A stretch of 64,000 nucleotides of DNA from Methylovirgula sp. (lineage in GTDB: Bacteria > Pseudomonadota > Alphaproteobacteria > Rhizobiales > Beijerinckiaceae), in assembly GCA_052144065.1 (NCBI GenBank), contig JBKQRA010000144.1, forward strand, positions 2,488-66,487, given 5' to 3'. Of this stretch, positions 16,862 through 25,622 are shown piece by piece; position 1 is the stretch's first letter; each line of letters starts with the position of its first letter. Below the pieces are notes generated by a model. The model was given only the letters and a program-made list of their open reading frames with translations. It made no database searches and was not told the origin of the DNA. The translations under genes were made by a program, and so were the position numbers.

Positions 16862-17659
16862 ATGGCACTTTCAGCTCGCAAGAGTAGGGCTGCGTCATTG
16901 TCTTTGCGTTATGTGTTCGTGGCAGGGGTGGTTGCGGCGTTCGGTGTCGGTTGCGCAACAGCTTCGGCCGACGAAGCGGGCGGGCCCGCGCATAAGAAGG
17001 TCGAGATGCATGGCTCGACTAGCATGCTGGCAAGTCCCGCCGCAGCGGTTTCTGGTGCGGCGAGCCGCTTGTCCTCGCCGGCCATGCCTGGATCGGCTTC
17101 GGTCGGCGCGTCCAGCATGGGTACGACGGGACGTGCGCTGACTGGCGGGATGTCGAGCATGGCGAGCGCCGCGAGCCCGGCGAGCAGCAAGATTTCCAGC
17201 GCCGCCAGCGTCGTCGCACCATCGTCAGGCATTAAAGCGTCGACGTCCGCGCGGATGTCGGCAAGCGCGATGGCATCGCCATCAACGACCTCGACCATCG
17301 CGGCTTCTGCTACGCCGCATGAGCCGACGACGATGTCTGCCGCATCCACGCTTTCGTCTTCGAGCGCGGCGCCGACGAAATCTCTTTCGTCGATGAATGC
17401 GTCGTCGTCATTGGGATTGCGCAGCGGTCTCGTGTCGATGGCGGTGCTGCAGCCTGTCGCAGCTGCTGCCCCAGGTGTTGCTGCGCCGTCGGCGTCGGCT
17501 GCGATGATGGGCCGTCCGAACGTGCTGCGTGCGAGCGCCGTCATGCATCATGGCGCTTCGGCAAAGGTGCTGGCGCATTCAACCCTTCATTGGGAGCAGC
17601 GCGTCAAATTCAATGCAACCTCGGTGAAGATGAAGAAGCACAGTCATCTGCCGTATTGA
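16862..17659 (+). CDS. Secreted Ser/Ala/Met-rich low-complexity protein
   Basis: AAGGAG RBS before ATG 16862; signal peptide ...VAAFGVGCATASA-DE; body dominated by S/A; basic His-containing C-terminus. Confidence 0.6.
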   Translation: MALSARKSRAASLSLRYVFVAGVVAAFGVGCATASADEAGGPAHKKVEMHGSTSMLASPAAAVSGAASRLSSPAMPGSASVGASSMGTTGRALTGGMSSMASAASPASSKISSAASVVAPSSGIKASTSARMSASAMASPSTTSTIAASATPHEPTTMSAASTLSSSSAAPTKSLSSMNASSSLGLRSGLVSMAVLQPVAAAAPGVAAPSASAAMMGRPNVLRASAVMHHGASAKVLAHSTLHWEQRVKFNATSVKMKKHSHLPY

Positions 17660-17686
17660 TCGGCAAATCGACCGGAGCAGAGCACT

Positions 17687-17716
17687 AAAAAGGAAGGCGA
17701 AATGCCTTCCTTTTTT
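17687..17716. terminator. Bidirectional rho-independent terminator
   Basis: AAAAAGGAAGGC-GAAAT-GCCTTCCTTTTTT between convergent genes ending at 17659 and 17737. Confidence 0.85.
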
Positions 17717-17736
17717 ATTGAGCGCTTCGCCAGCTC

Positions 17737-20052
17737 TCAGGGCTTTGTGATCAAATCGGCGGCTTGCCAAGCGGCGAGGCCGCCTCGGTACCAATAGACG
17801 TTGGAATAGCCCATCTGCAACGCACGCAGCGCTGCATTATAGCCTTCCCATGATTTGGAATCTCTACTGAAGAATATGATAGCGGTGTTGGAGGACGTAA
17901 CTGCCTTCGACAAATCATCGAAAAGCTGCCGTTGGACTTTATCCTTAGCATCGAATGTTCCTCCCGCGCCGGCATAAGGCCAGCGAAGAGAAGACGGAAT
18001 TGTCCGTGCGTGGGGCTCACTATCAACGTCTATAAGCAATATAGATACTTTCCTGTCGGTGCCAGGGAGCTTTCCGTTTGCGAGCATATGATAAAGGTCT
18101 TGTGTTGTAATGGCATTGCCGCCAGGAATTGTTCGCGGTGTAGGACCGTTTAATTTATTCGAGAGTGCGTCTGTCGGAGCAATCTGGTCGTCTTTGTCTT
18201 CGTCTTGAAACGTTCCGACGGGCGGCGGTCCAAACTCGGCGACGATCTTGGCATTCAGCTCTTTGGCGCTTTGCTCCCCCTCATATCGCGCCTGTATCTC
18301 CTTTAGCTGCTTCACCTGCTCCTGCAACTTAACTTGTGTGCTAGCAAGTACAGCGTTCATGTTGTCGAGCGCAGCCTGACTTTTGTTTAACTGATCGATC
18401 GTTTTGTCGAGCTTGTCCTTTTGTTGCTTGAGTTCGCCGATTGTTGTTTTTAGCTTTTCGTTCGCGTGCTGAGCTACCCACCATTCCGTTCCAGCGGTCA
18501 CGGACGATGCGATCAGAATGGCAAAAATTCCCGCGCCCGATATCCAGAATAGACGCCGCCGCGCTGTTTCGGCCTTCTCGCTCTTTTCGAGAAAAGCGAC
18601 AGCATCCTTGAAATGCCCACCGTAGCGCTGAGCCCAGGCTTCGTTGGGCTTTGTCTCCTCGTACCAAGCAACAAGATTGGCAAGCTCGCGGCCGCGGATC
18701 GGTTCGGCATCCCCCATGCGGTCCTTGAGTCGACGCCAGTTCTGCGCCGCTGTCGTTTCATCGTGCAGCCATTCCGCCATTTTTTTCCACTGGCGGATCA
18801 AGCTCTCATGGCTGATGTCGATCCATTGATCGGCATCGATCGGCACGCGTTTCTCTGGGCCAGGATCGCGCAGTTCTGGTGCGAGAAAATTGCAGCCCGG
18901 CGCGCAGAAGGTATAGAGCACGTCTTCGACCGCGCGGACATTGCCGTCGCAGAGCGCGATGAGTTCGCCGAAGCGCTGCGGTCGTCGCACGGCATCGGCG
19001 ACGCTCGTGCCTGAAACGAGCGCGCGAAAGATCTTTTCGGCTGTGCCGGCGAGACCTTTCTTCGTGAGTTCCCCCAGCAAAATATTGCCGTGCGTATTGA
19101 GCGCGCCGCCCAAGCCGCCGATCGCTTTGTAGTCCGAGAGCCGTAGCTGAATATAGCCGCCGCTGCCCGTATCCTTCGCATCGAGCCAAAGCCGGTTCAG
19201 CGTATATTGCAGCAGCGGCAATTGATCCGCGCGACGGACGAGGCGATCGAGCTGATCGGCGGCCCCGCCATCGTCCCACGGCGCGAAATTGGCGAGATCG
19301 TTGAGGATCTGAGTGACTAGAGGCTCTTCGACCTTGATACCGCAGACTTCTGCCGGACCGACGATGGCGCGGCGGCACTGTTCGCGCGTCATCCGCGGCG
19401 TGAGGACCATGCCTTTGCTGATCGTCTCGGCAAGGCCCTCCATCAAGGCGCAGGCGCCGAGATATTCGGAGCGCATGGTGAGGGTGACATAGATCGGAAA
19501 TTCGGGGCTGTGTGCGCTCTCGAGCAGCAATGCGGAGAAGGCTTCAGACTCTTCCTTGCCGGCATAGTCTTGATAGCGGAACAATTCTTCGAACTGATCG
19601 ACGAGCAGCAGCAGATTGGTCTTGGGCTTCGTCGGCAGATTGCCGTCCTGGCACCATTCGATGATCGAACGTGGACCGCGGGCGAGAAAGCCACGCAATA
19701 TCTTCGTCTCGATGTCAGTCGGCTCTTTGCCCTTGGCAGTCACCTTGAGGAGTTCGCGCGCCAGATTGGTGAGCGGCGTGCTGCCGGGCCTAAAATCGAT
19801 GACGCGCCAGCGCGCGCCGGCCTGTTCCATGAGGCCGATTTCGAGCGCTTCGAGAAGGCCGGTCTTGACGATCGAGGATTTGCCGGTACCGGACGAGCCG
19901 AGGACGGCGAGAAAGCGCGTCTCGGCGAGACGATCGACGAGCGTATGGATGCAGTCTTCACGGCCGAAGAAGAGATCGGTCTCGTCGCGACGGAACGATC
20001 TTAGGCCGGGGTAGGGCGCGCGCGCGACCTCGCCCGCTATCTCGTCAAACAT
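17737..20052 (-). CDS. nSTAND1 NTPase - TM - coiled coil - rhodanese-like domain
   Basis: APYPGLRSF; Walker A GSSGTGKSS; Walker B VDQFEELF; LPLLQYTLNRLW; ISHESLIRQW; TM LFWISGAGIFAILIASSV; K/Q heptads; C-terminal PTPRTIPG...YNAALRALQMGYSNVYWYRGGLAAW. Confidence 0.88.
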   Translation of the reverse strand: MFDEIAGEVARAPYPGLRSFRRDETDLFFGREDCIHTLVDRLAETRFLAVLGSSGTGKSSIVKTGLLEALEIGLMEQAGARWRVIDFRPGSTPLTNLARELLKVTAKGKEPTDIETKILRGFLARGPRSIIEWCQDGNLPTKPKTNLLLLVDQFEELFRYQDYAGKEESEAFSALLLESAHSPEFPIYVTLTMRSEYLGACALMEGLAETISKGMVLTPRMTREQCRRAIVGPAEVCGIKVEEPLVTQILNDLANFAPWDDGGAADQLDRLVRRADQLPLLQYTLNRLWLDAKDTGSGGYIQLRLSDYKAIGGLGGALNTHGNILLGELTKKGLAGTAEKIFRALVSGTSVADAVRRPQRFGELIALCDGNVRAVEDVLYTFCAPGCNFLAPELRDPGPEKRVPIDADQWIDISHESLIRQWKKMAEWLHDETTAAQNWRRLKDRMGDAEPIRGRELANLVAWYEETKPNEAWAQRYGGHFKDAVAFLEKSEKAETARRRLFWISGAGIFAILIASSVTAGTEWWVAQHANEKLKTTIGELKQQKDKLDKTIDQLNKSQAALDNMNAVLASTQVKLQEQVKQLKEIQARYEGEQSAKELNAKIVAEFGPPPVGTFQDEDKDDQIAPTDALSNKLNGPTPRTIPGGNAITTQDLYHMLANGKLPGTDRKVSILLIDVDSEPHARTIPSSLRWPYAGAGGTFDAKDKVQRQLFDDLSKAVTSSNTAIIFFSRDSKSWEGYNAALRALQMGYSNVYWYRGGLAAWQAADLITKP

Positions 20053-21611
20053 AGCTCGCCAACAAATTTCTGAATCAAATCGTCTGTTGCGCCGTTGCGA
20101 TAATCAATTGGATCGAAACTTGTCGCCATGCCGAGTTCGTCGGGATGGGCGCCGGGAGCCAGAAGCAATTTCTTGTAACGCGGAGGCTTGTCGCGCCGCG
20201 CCGCAAGCTTGATGTAACGGCGCAACTGCGCTCGTACCCAGTGGGGCGGCGCTTCGCCGAACACGAGGAGAAGACCGTCGCAATTGATCCAATTCTCGTC
20301 GATCTCTTCGTCCTTTTGCTTGGCGTTGCCTTTGTAGCTGGCCATAAAGGCATTGCGCCGGCGGGACTGAAAAGCCTTCAGCAGCGATTTTGCGAGATCC
20401 TGATCATCGTCATAGGCGTTGATGAAGAAGGCGCTCTCGTCGACCGGCGCTTCGGCGTTCGCCTGCTCGGCGGGCGCTTCCGCCAACCGGCGCTTGGTTT
20501 CTTCCTCGCGCCGGCGGGCCTCTTCTTCCCGGCGCTTTGCGGCCGCAGCCTCCGCCGCCTGCCGTTCGAAGGTGCCTTTGATTTCCTTTAGAAATTCTTG
20601 CAGGCCCATGACCCGCACGTCGGGGCCGCTCAGCAATTGCTTGTCGTAGTGGGTCACGGCTTCGGGATTGATGTCGGGCCGATGCCATTGCAGCGTCGGC
20701 ACGCCACGGCGTTTGGCGGCGGCATATTGGAAGACGGAGTAGCTTTGCGAGGGCTCGGCCTCGCTTTGCTTGAGATCGCTCGGCCGTTTGGAAGGCACCT
20801 GGCTCAGCAGCTGGACGAAGAGATCGGCCTTTTCGAGATCGGCCCGCACCGCCTTGGCGAAATCATTGCCGCCACCCGGATAGTCGCCATCGGGAAGGAC
20901 GCGGGCGCCATATTGTTCCAGATAGGTGCGGACCTGCAACGCTTCGTCATAGAGATCATCGGTCGCTTGCGCGAGCAAGACCGTCTTGCCGCTCAGCGGC
21001 AACGATGCGGCCTTCGCCGAGGCGGGCGCCGCACCGGTTGAGGCGCGCGCCTTGAGTTCGCGCAAGAGGCTGACGCAATTCTCAGCGAGTTCCGCGATGC
21101 TCTTGCCATAGCTGTCGCTGTTGCTGGGCTTCAGCGTGTAATCGATCTTGGTCTCCAGATCCTTGTAATAGAAGCGGGTGCGCTTGATGCCCATGCCTTT
21201 GGGACCGGCAAGCAGGCCGCTGATCTGCGGATTTTCCTCGAAGGGCAGAATTTCGATCGCGACAATCCGATTGATGCTGGATAACGCACTGTCGCCTTCC
21301 CGCACGGCATCGTTGAAAGCGGTCAGCTCCTTGATCGTCCAGTCGCGCGCGACATAGGCGCGCGAAAGAACCGGGATGAAGATCGCCGATCCTTTGGCAT
21401 TTTCGACCAGCGAAGCCAGTTCTTGATGCGCCTCGAGATTCGAATTGTCGAAGAAGAGGGAGACATCGTCGCTGCCGAGGCGCTTGCGCAGATGGCTTTC
21501 GAAATTGTTGCGGAATTCGCTAACCCATCTGACTTTTTGCTCATCCGGCTCATTGTCGAGATGCGTATAGCTGATGAAAATGTCGTGCAAGAATCCTGGA
21601 ACAAAAGTCAT
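20037..21611 (-). CDS. Protein with three TIR-like domains
   Basis: Domain 1 DIFISYTHLD...SRAYVARDWTIKEL; domain 2 TVLLAQAT...ADLFVQLLS...YSVFQY; domain 3 AFFINAYDDD...CDGLLLVFGEAPPHWVRAQL; overlaps the start of the nSTAND1 gene by 16 nt. Confidence 0.78.
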   Translation of the reverse strand: MTFVPGFLHDIFISYTHLDNEPDEQKVRWVSEFRNNFESHLRKRLGSDDVSLFFDNSNLEAHQELASLVENAKGSAIFIPVLSRAYVARDWTIKELTAFNDAVREGDSALSSINRIVAIEILPFEENPQISGLLAGPKGMGIKRTRFYYKDLETKIDYTLKPSNSDSYGKSIAELAENCVSLLRELKARASTGAAPASAKAASLPLSGKTVLLAQATDDLYDEALQVRTYLEQYGARVLPDGDYPGGGNDFAKAVRADLEKADLFVQLLSQVPSKRPSDLKQSEAEPSQSYSVFQYAAAKRRGVPTLQWHRPDINPEAVTHYDKQLLSGPDVRVMGLQEFLKEIKGTFERQAAEAAAAKRREEEARRREEETKRRLAEAPAEQANAEAPVDESAFFINAYDDDQDLAKSLLKAFQSRRRNAFMASYKGNAKQKDEEIDENWINCDGLLLVFGEAPPHWVRAQLRRYIKLAARRDKPPRYKKLLLAPGAHPDELGMATSFDPIDYRNGATDDLIQKFVGELCLTR

Positions 21612-21966
21612 GGCGCAGCAATAACTCCCGCCCTGTCGAAGCAGCTCGGCTCCGAAGTCTCATACGCATTATGCACGCCTTGGCTGAGCCGAGGCAAGGG
21701 GAACGCCGCGCTTCGGGCCGGAACATTGCGGCGACCGGTAGCAGTTTGCGTGAGTCTTGCGGTCACAATCGTTGGACCGAGCTTCGGATCGAGGCGGCAA
21801 GGCTCGTGGTGGAGGCGCTGCCGCTTTCGTCTGCTTGTCACAGATTGATTGCAAGGCTGAGCCAACGTTGCGCCAGGACCGGAAATAGGCTACCTCCTAG
21901 ACCGTATCTGTGCATGCGCATGCACGCACAGATACGTCGTTTCGTTTCGTAAAATGGTTGCCCACA

Positions 21967-22497
21967 ATGCGCATTTTCAGCCCGGGAATTTCAAGCCTCA
22001 TTTTGGCCGGCGGCATTGTGATCGCCGGCTCGGATCTGGGAACGGCGCAGCCGGCACCCCAGAATACGCCGGCGCCGGCCACCCAGACGGACATCGTCAC
22101 CTCGATCACGCCGGAAGGCCTCGCCGCGATCATGCGCGATGCCGGCTATAAGGCCGATGTCTACGAATACGGCACGACAACCAAACATAAAGCCATCGCC
22201 ACGGCGATGGAGGGCTATAAAGTCCGGGTCTATTTTTATAGTTGCGATGCCCAGAACAAGTGCGGTTCGCTCAACTTCGAAACCTCATTTACGAAGAGCC
22301 CGAATTTTACCCTCGCGCTGGCGAATAAATGGAACACGGATCACCGCTATACGAAGCTCTATATTGATCCGGCCGATCAATCGCTCACATTCGACTTCGA
22401 CATCTTCATTTATGGTGGTGTCACCAATGCGACGATCAAAGACGCCGTGACTCTCTACGACAGCACGCTCGGCGATCTGGCGAAGTTCCTGCCCTGA
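21967..22497 (+). CDS. Secreted YbjN-domain protein
   Basis: Signal-like N-terminus, Pro/Gln linker, then PEGLAAIMRDAGY...FYSCD...CGSLNF...ANKWNTDHRYTKLYID...GGVT. Confidence 0.75.
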   Translation: MRIFSPGISSLILAGGIVIAGSDLGTAQPAPQNTPAPATQTDIVTSITPEGLAAIMRDAGYKADVYEYGTTTKHKAIATAMEGYKVRVYFYSCDAQNKCGSLNFETSFTKSPNFTLALANKWNTDHRYTKLYIDPADQSLTFDFDIFIYGGVTNATIKDAVTLYDSTLGDLAKFLP

Positions 22498-22681
22498 GCC
22501 TTGGTTGGGACGGCACCCCAAATCGGCGCCGACCCCGTGGCCTCCTGCGTCCAGATATTTCCATGCTCTGCCTGACCCCGATCCGCGAGCGCGCGCGACC
22601 GGACGCGCCACTCTCCTCCCCAATTTGGGGTAGACTGCGATGCGTCGTGAGTGGGCGGCGCGTGACGGACGGAGGGTGCCA

Positions 22682-24646
22682 GTGACGGAAGGGGCGTCGT
22701 CGCATTTCCCACAGCTTGCATTGCGCATCGGCATTACCGGCGCGCGCAGCCTCGATGCGGCCCGCATCGACGATCTGCGGAAAAAGCTGCGCGACGTGCT
22801 GGGTTCGGTTAAAGCCGACATGCGGCGGCTCGCCGAAGACAAAGACGTGCGCGCGCATTACGCCGGCGTGGAGACGGGCGAGCCCTGGTTGCGGTTCGTT
22901 TCGCCTTTGGCGCGCGGAGCCGACCGTCTCGCGGCCGAGACCGCCCTCGATCTTGGCTATGATCTCTATGTCCCGATGCCTTTCGACCGGGCGGAATATG
23001 AGAAGGATTTCCGGGGCGCCCAAGATCCGCATGAGCCGCCGCTGTCGGCGGCCGAGGATCTCGCGCAATTCACAACGCTGCTGCAGCGCGCGGGGCAATC
23101 CGGCCAAGCTTGGCTCACCCTCGACGGCGGTCGGGAGGAAGAAAACCGCGCCTATGAAGCTGTCGGTCGCTTCGTCGTGCGCCACAGCGACATTCTGATT
23201 GCCATTTGGGATGGCAAGCCGAGCAACGGCCGCGGCGGCACAGCGGAGATCGTCGAATATGCGCTGACAAGCGGCGTGCCGGTCTGGTGGATCCATGCCA
23301 CCGAGGCAAGAGACCCTGTCTGGCTCACCAGCCAGCTGGATTTGCGCGATCCGCGCGCGCCGACGATTGAGCCCCTTGCGGCTGTGCGGCGCTATATCGA
23401 TCGGCAAATTCCGCCGCCGCCGCCCGTGTCGCGCGAACGCGAGGGGCTGGTTGAAGCCGTTGCGCGCTTCGGTCAGCGGCGAAATGTGTCGCCACTTGAT
23501 GTCTATTTCGGCGAAGATGGGAAGCCGCCGGCGTTTTGGGCCAGCGCCTATTCCGCGATGATGCGTTGGGCAGTGCCGCCGACTCCCCCGCCGTCGTCCC
23601 CCATTTCATCGCTTCCCAAACCGTCATCGCCGACTGGCGCCGCCGACACTTATTGGCGCGAGCGTTATACGCCGGCCGATCTGTGCGCCGGCCAATATGC
23701 GAGCCGGTATCGTTCGGCCTATGTCTGGCTGTTTGCTTTTGCGACGGCGACGCTCGTGTTCGGCGCGCTCGCCGCGGTGGCGCATGGCGTGAAGCCCTTG
23801 GTCATTGCGTCCATCGCGCTTGAATTGGCGATGCTGCTGTTGATCTGCGTGGTGGTGAATTCGGCCATCCGTGGCGATTGGCATGAGCGCTTTGTCGAAT
23901 ATCGTCTGCTCGCAGAATTATGTCGCAAGCAGCAGGTCTTGGCATTGCTCGGCAGCGGCGTATCGCTGGGCGCCGTCGGCCGCATGATCCTGCGCGAAAT
24001 CGAAATCGCAGCAAAACAGAAAGATAAAGGCGTCCACCCGGTGGGGCACGTGCCGGATCGCGCCGCCTGGGTTGCCTGGCTCTTCACCGCTTGGGAACGC
24101 GCCGCGCCGATGCCGACGGGCGAGCTCGCTGCCTCATTGCATACGGTCGTCCATGAGCAGGTGATGCAAGGATTGATCGACGAGCAATTGCATTATCATC
24201 GCGAGCGTGGGGCGCGGTCGGTGCATGCCGATAAGAAATTCTCGAAATTCGGTCAGTGGTGCTTCATCGCGGTGATTGTCTGCGTGCTGTGCAAATTCGC
24301 CGTGGTAGGGTTCATTCAACCGCTGGATGAGGATAAAGCCTCTTTCGTCCGCGAGGCGGGTGAAATCGGCGTTCTGTTTCTGACATGGCTTGCGATCGTG
24401 CTCCCGGCCGTCTCGGCCGCTTTTTTCGGCATTCGCAGCTATGCGGAACTGCAGCTCCTCGCCGAGCAGTCGCGGCATATGGTCGATGAGCTTGAAAGCG
24501 CCAAGCGGCGGATCGAGCGCATTAATTTGAAGCGCCCGCTGTCAGCTGAAGATATCGGCGCCGAAACCCATGGCGTTGCGACCTTGATGCTGCAGGATCT
24601 CGACGGATGGTCGCGCTTGTTCAAAGTCAAAGCGATCGAACCTTAG
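22682..24646 (+). CDS. SLOG-like domain fused to two SLATT (DUF4231-like) 2TM modules
   Basis: IGITGAR, VSPLARGADRLAAE, VPMPF, YEAVGRFVVRHSDILIAIWDG...GRGGTAEIVEYA...GVPVWWI; SLATT-like TM pairs ending WHERFVEYRLLAE and AELQLLAEQSRHM; GGAGG RBS before GTG 22682. Confidence 0.8.
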   Translation: MTEGASSHFPQLALRIGITGARSLDAARIDDLRKKLRDVLGSVKADMRRLAEDKDVRAHYAGVETGEPWLRFVSPLARGADRLAAETALDLGYDLYVPMPFDRAEYEKDFRGAQDPHEPPLSAAEDLAQFTTLLQRAGQSGQAWLTLDGGREEENRAYEAVGRFVVRHSDILIAIWDGKPSNGRGGTAEIVEYALTSGVPVWWIHATEARDPVWLTSQLDLRDPRAPTIEPLAAVRRYIDRQIPPPPPVSREREGLVEAVARFGQRRNVSPLDVYFGEDGKPPAFWASAYSAMMRWAVPPTPPPSSPISSLPKPSSPTGAADTYWRERYTPADLCAGQYASRYRSAYVWLFAFATATLVFGALAAVAHGVKPLVIASIALELAMLLLICVVVNSAIRGDWHERFVEYRLLAELCRKQQVLALLGSGVSLGAVGRMILREIEIAAKQKDKGVHPVGHVPDRAAWVAWLFTAWERAAPMPTGELAASLHTVVHEQVMQGLIDEQLHYHRERGARSVHADKKFSKFGQWCFIAVIVCVLCKFAVVGFIQPLDEDKASFVREAGEIGVLFLTWLAIVLPAVSAAFFGIRSYAELQLLAEQSRHMVDELESAKRRIERINLKRPLSAEDIGAETHGVATLMLQDLDGWSRLFKVKAIEP

Positions 24647-24652
24647 CGCTTC

Positions 24653-25135
24653 CTAAGGCAACACTTTCCAATGATCCGCGAAGAAACCGTGTGCATCGAG
24701 CGGCTCGCTCTTGCCAAAGGTTTTGGCCTTGCGTCCGACGCAGCGCCACTCATAAGGTGTGTCATGGCCCGTCACGACCATCGGGATGAATTTCGAATTC
24801 GGATTTTTGCTGCACCATTGATCCGCAGCCGCCATGCTTCGCCGCTGGTCAGCCTTGCCGCAGGAGAGATTGGCGCCGACGTAACATAGAAGGACCTTGC
24901 CGCCAGCGCAGCGAAAATAGGCTGCTCCGGCGGCTTCTTGAGCGTCGACATCGAAGAGCTGTTTGATTGCTGCGGCAAGTGAGGCCGGCGGTGTCCGGGT
25001 CTCGTCGTCATTGCCGACACGGGCACAATATTGGCGCGGATCCTCATCCGCGCGCGCGGCTGTTACGGCGAGCGGCGCGCTCAATGCCTGCGGCAACGAC
25101 AGAAGCAGCAGAAGTCTGATGAGATGCGGGCGCAT
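24653..25135 (-). CDS. Secreted hypothetical protein with six Cys
   Basis: GGAGGAG RBS before ATG 25135; signal peptide ending AARA-DE; six Cys in the mature part. Confidence 0.7.
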   Translation of the reverse strand: MRPHLIRLLLLLSLPQALSAPLAVTAARADEDPRQYCARVGNDDETRTPPASLAAAIKQLFDVDAQEAAGAAYFRCAGGKVLLCYVGANLSCGKADQRRSMAAADQWCSKNPNSKFIPMVVTGHDTPYEWRCVGRKAKTFGKSEPLDAHGFFADHWKVLP

Positions 25136-25161
25136 ATGCTCCTCCGTCTTCAGGCGATTTT

Positions 25162-25377
25162 CTATAGCGGCTGCGGCAAGGTCGGATGGATCGGCGGCAG
25201 CGCGCAGCCGCAATGCGGCGCCGGCCTAGCCCACAGAAGTCCGATAATACTGACGATCGCGAGCGACAAAAGCGCGACGGCGATCAGCCACCGGTGCCGT
25301 CGCGGCGGCTGCGCTTTCGGGATCGTCACCCAGGAGACACGCGGCGCGCTTTCGCGCAATTCCATCGGGTGGGTCAT
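25162..25377 (-). CDS. Small single-TM hypothetical protein
   Basis: RRHRWLIAVALLSLAIVSIIGLLWA TM followed by HCGC and a Pro-rich tail; start uncertain. Confidence 0.35.
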   Translation of the reverse strand: MTHPMELRESAPRVSWVTIPKAQPPRRHRWLIAVALLSLAIVSIIGLLWARPAPHCGCALPPIHPTLPQPL

Positions 25378-25622
25378 CACAAATTCTGCGGAGGGGAGGG
25401 TTGCGGACGAACGCATTTTGTCTTTCCTCGCATTGCGGGCCGCTCGGGCCAAACGCAGCTGAAGACGGACGCGATCCGTTTTCTCGAGGCCGATTTTTAA
25501 CGCCGGCGCCCGCGAACGCATGTCCTTTTTCGAAAACCCGCCGCCTGTCCGTCTCCTGCAAACGATGCCGCGCCGCCTGCCTTTGGAGGCGGCTGCGCCA
25601 GAGATGTTTTCAGGAGGTCTTT

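Noticed and set aside
16909-17544. 211-aa Ala/Asp-rich minus-strand ORF
   Set aside because: Mirror of the Ser/Ala-rich plus-strand gene, which has the RBS, signal peptide and terminator.
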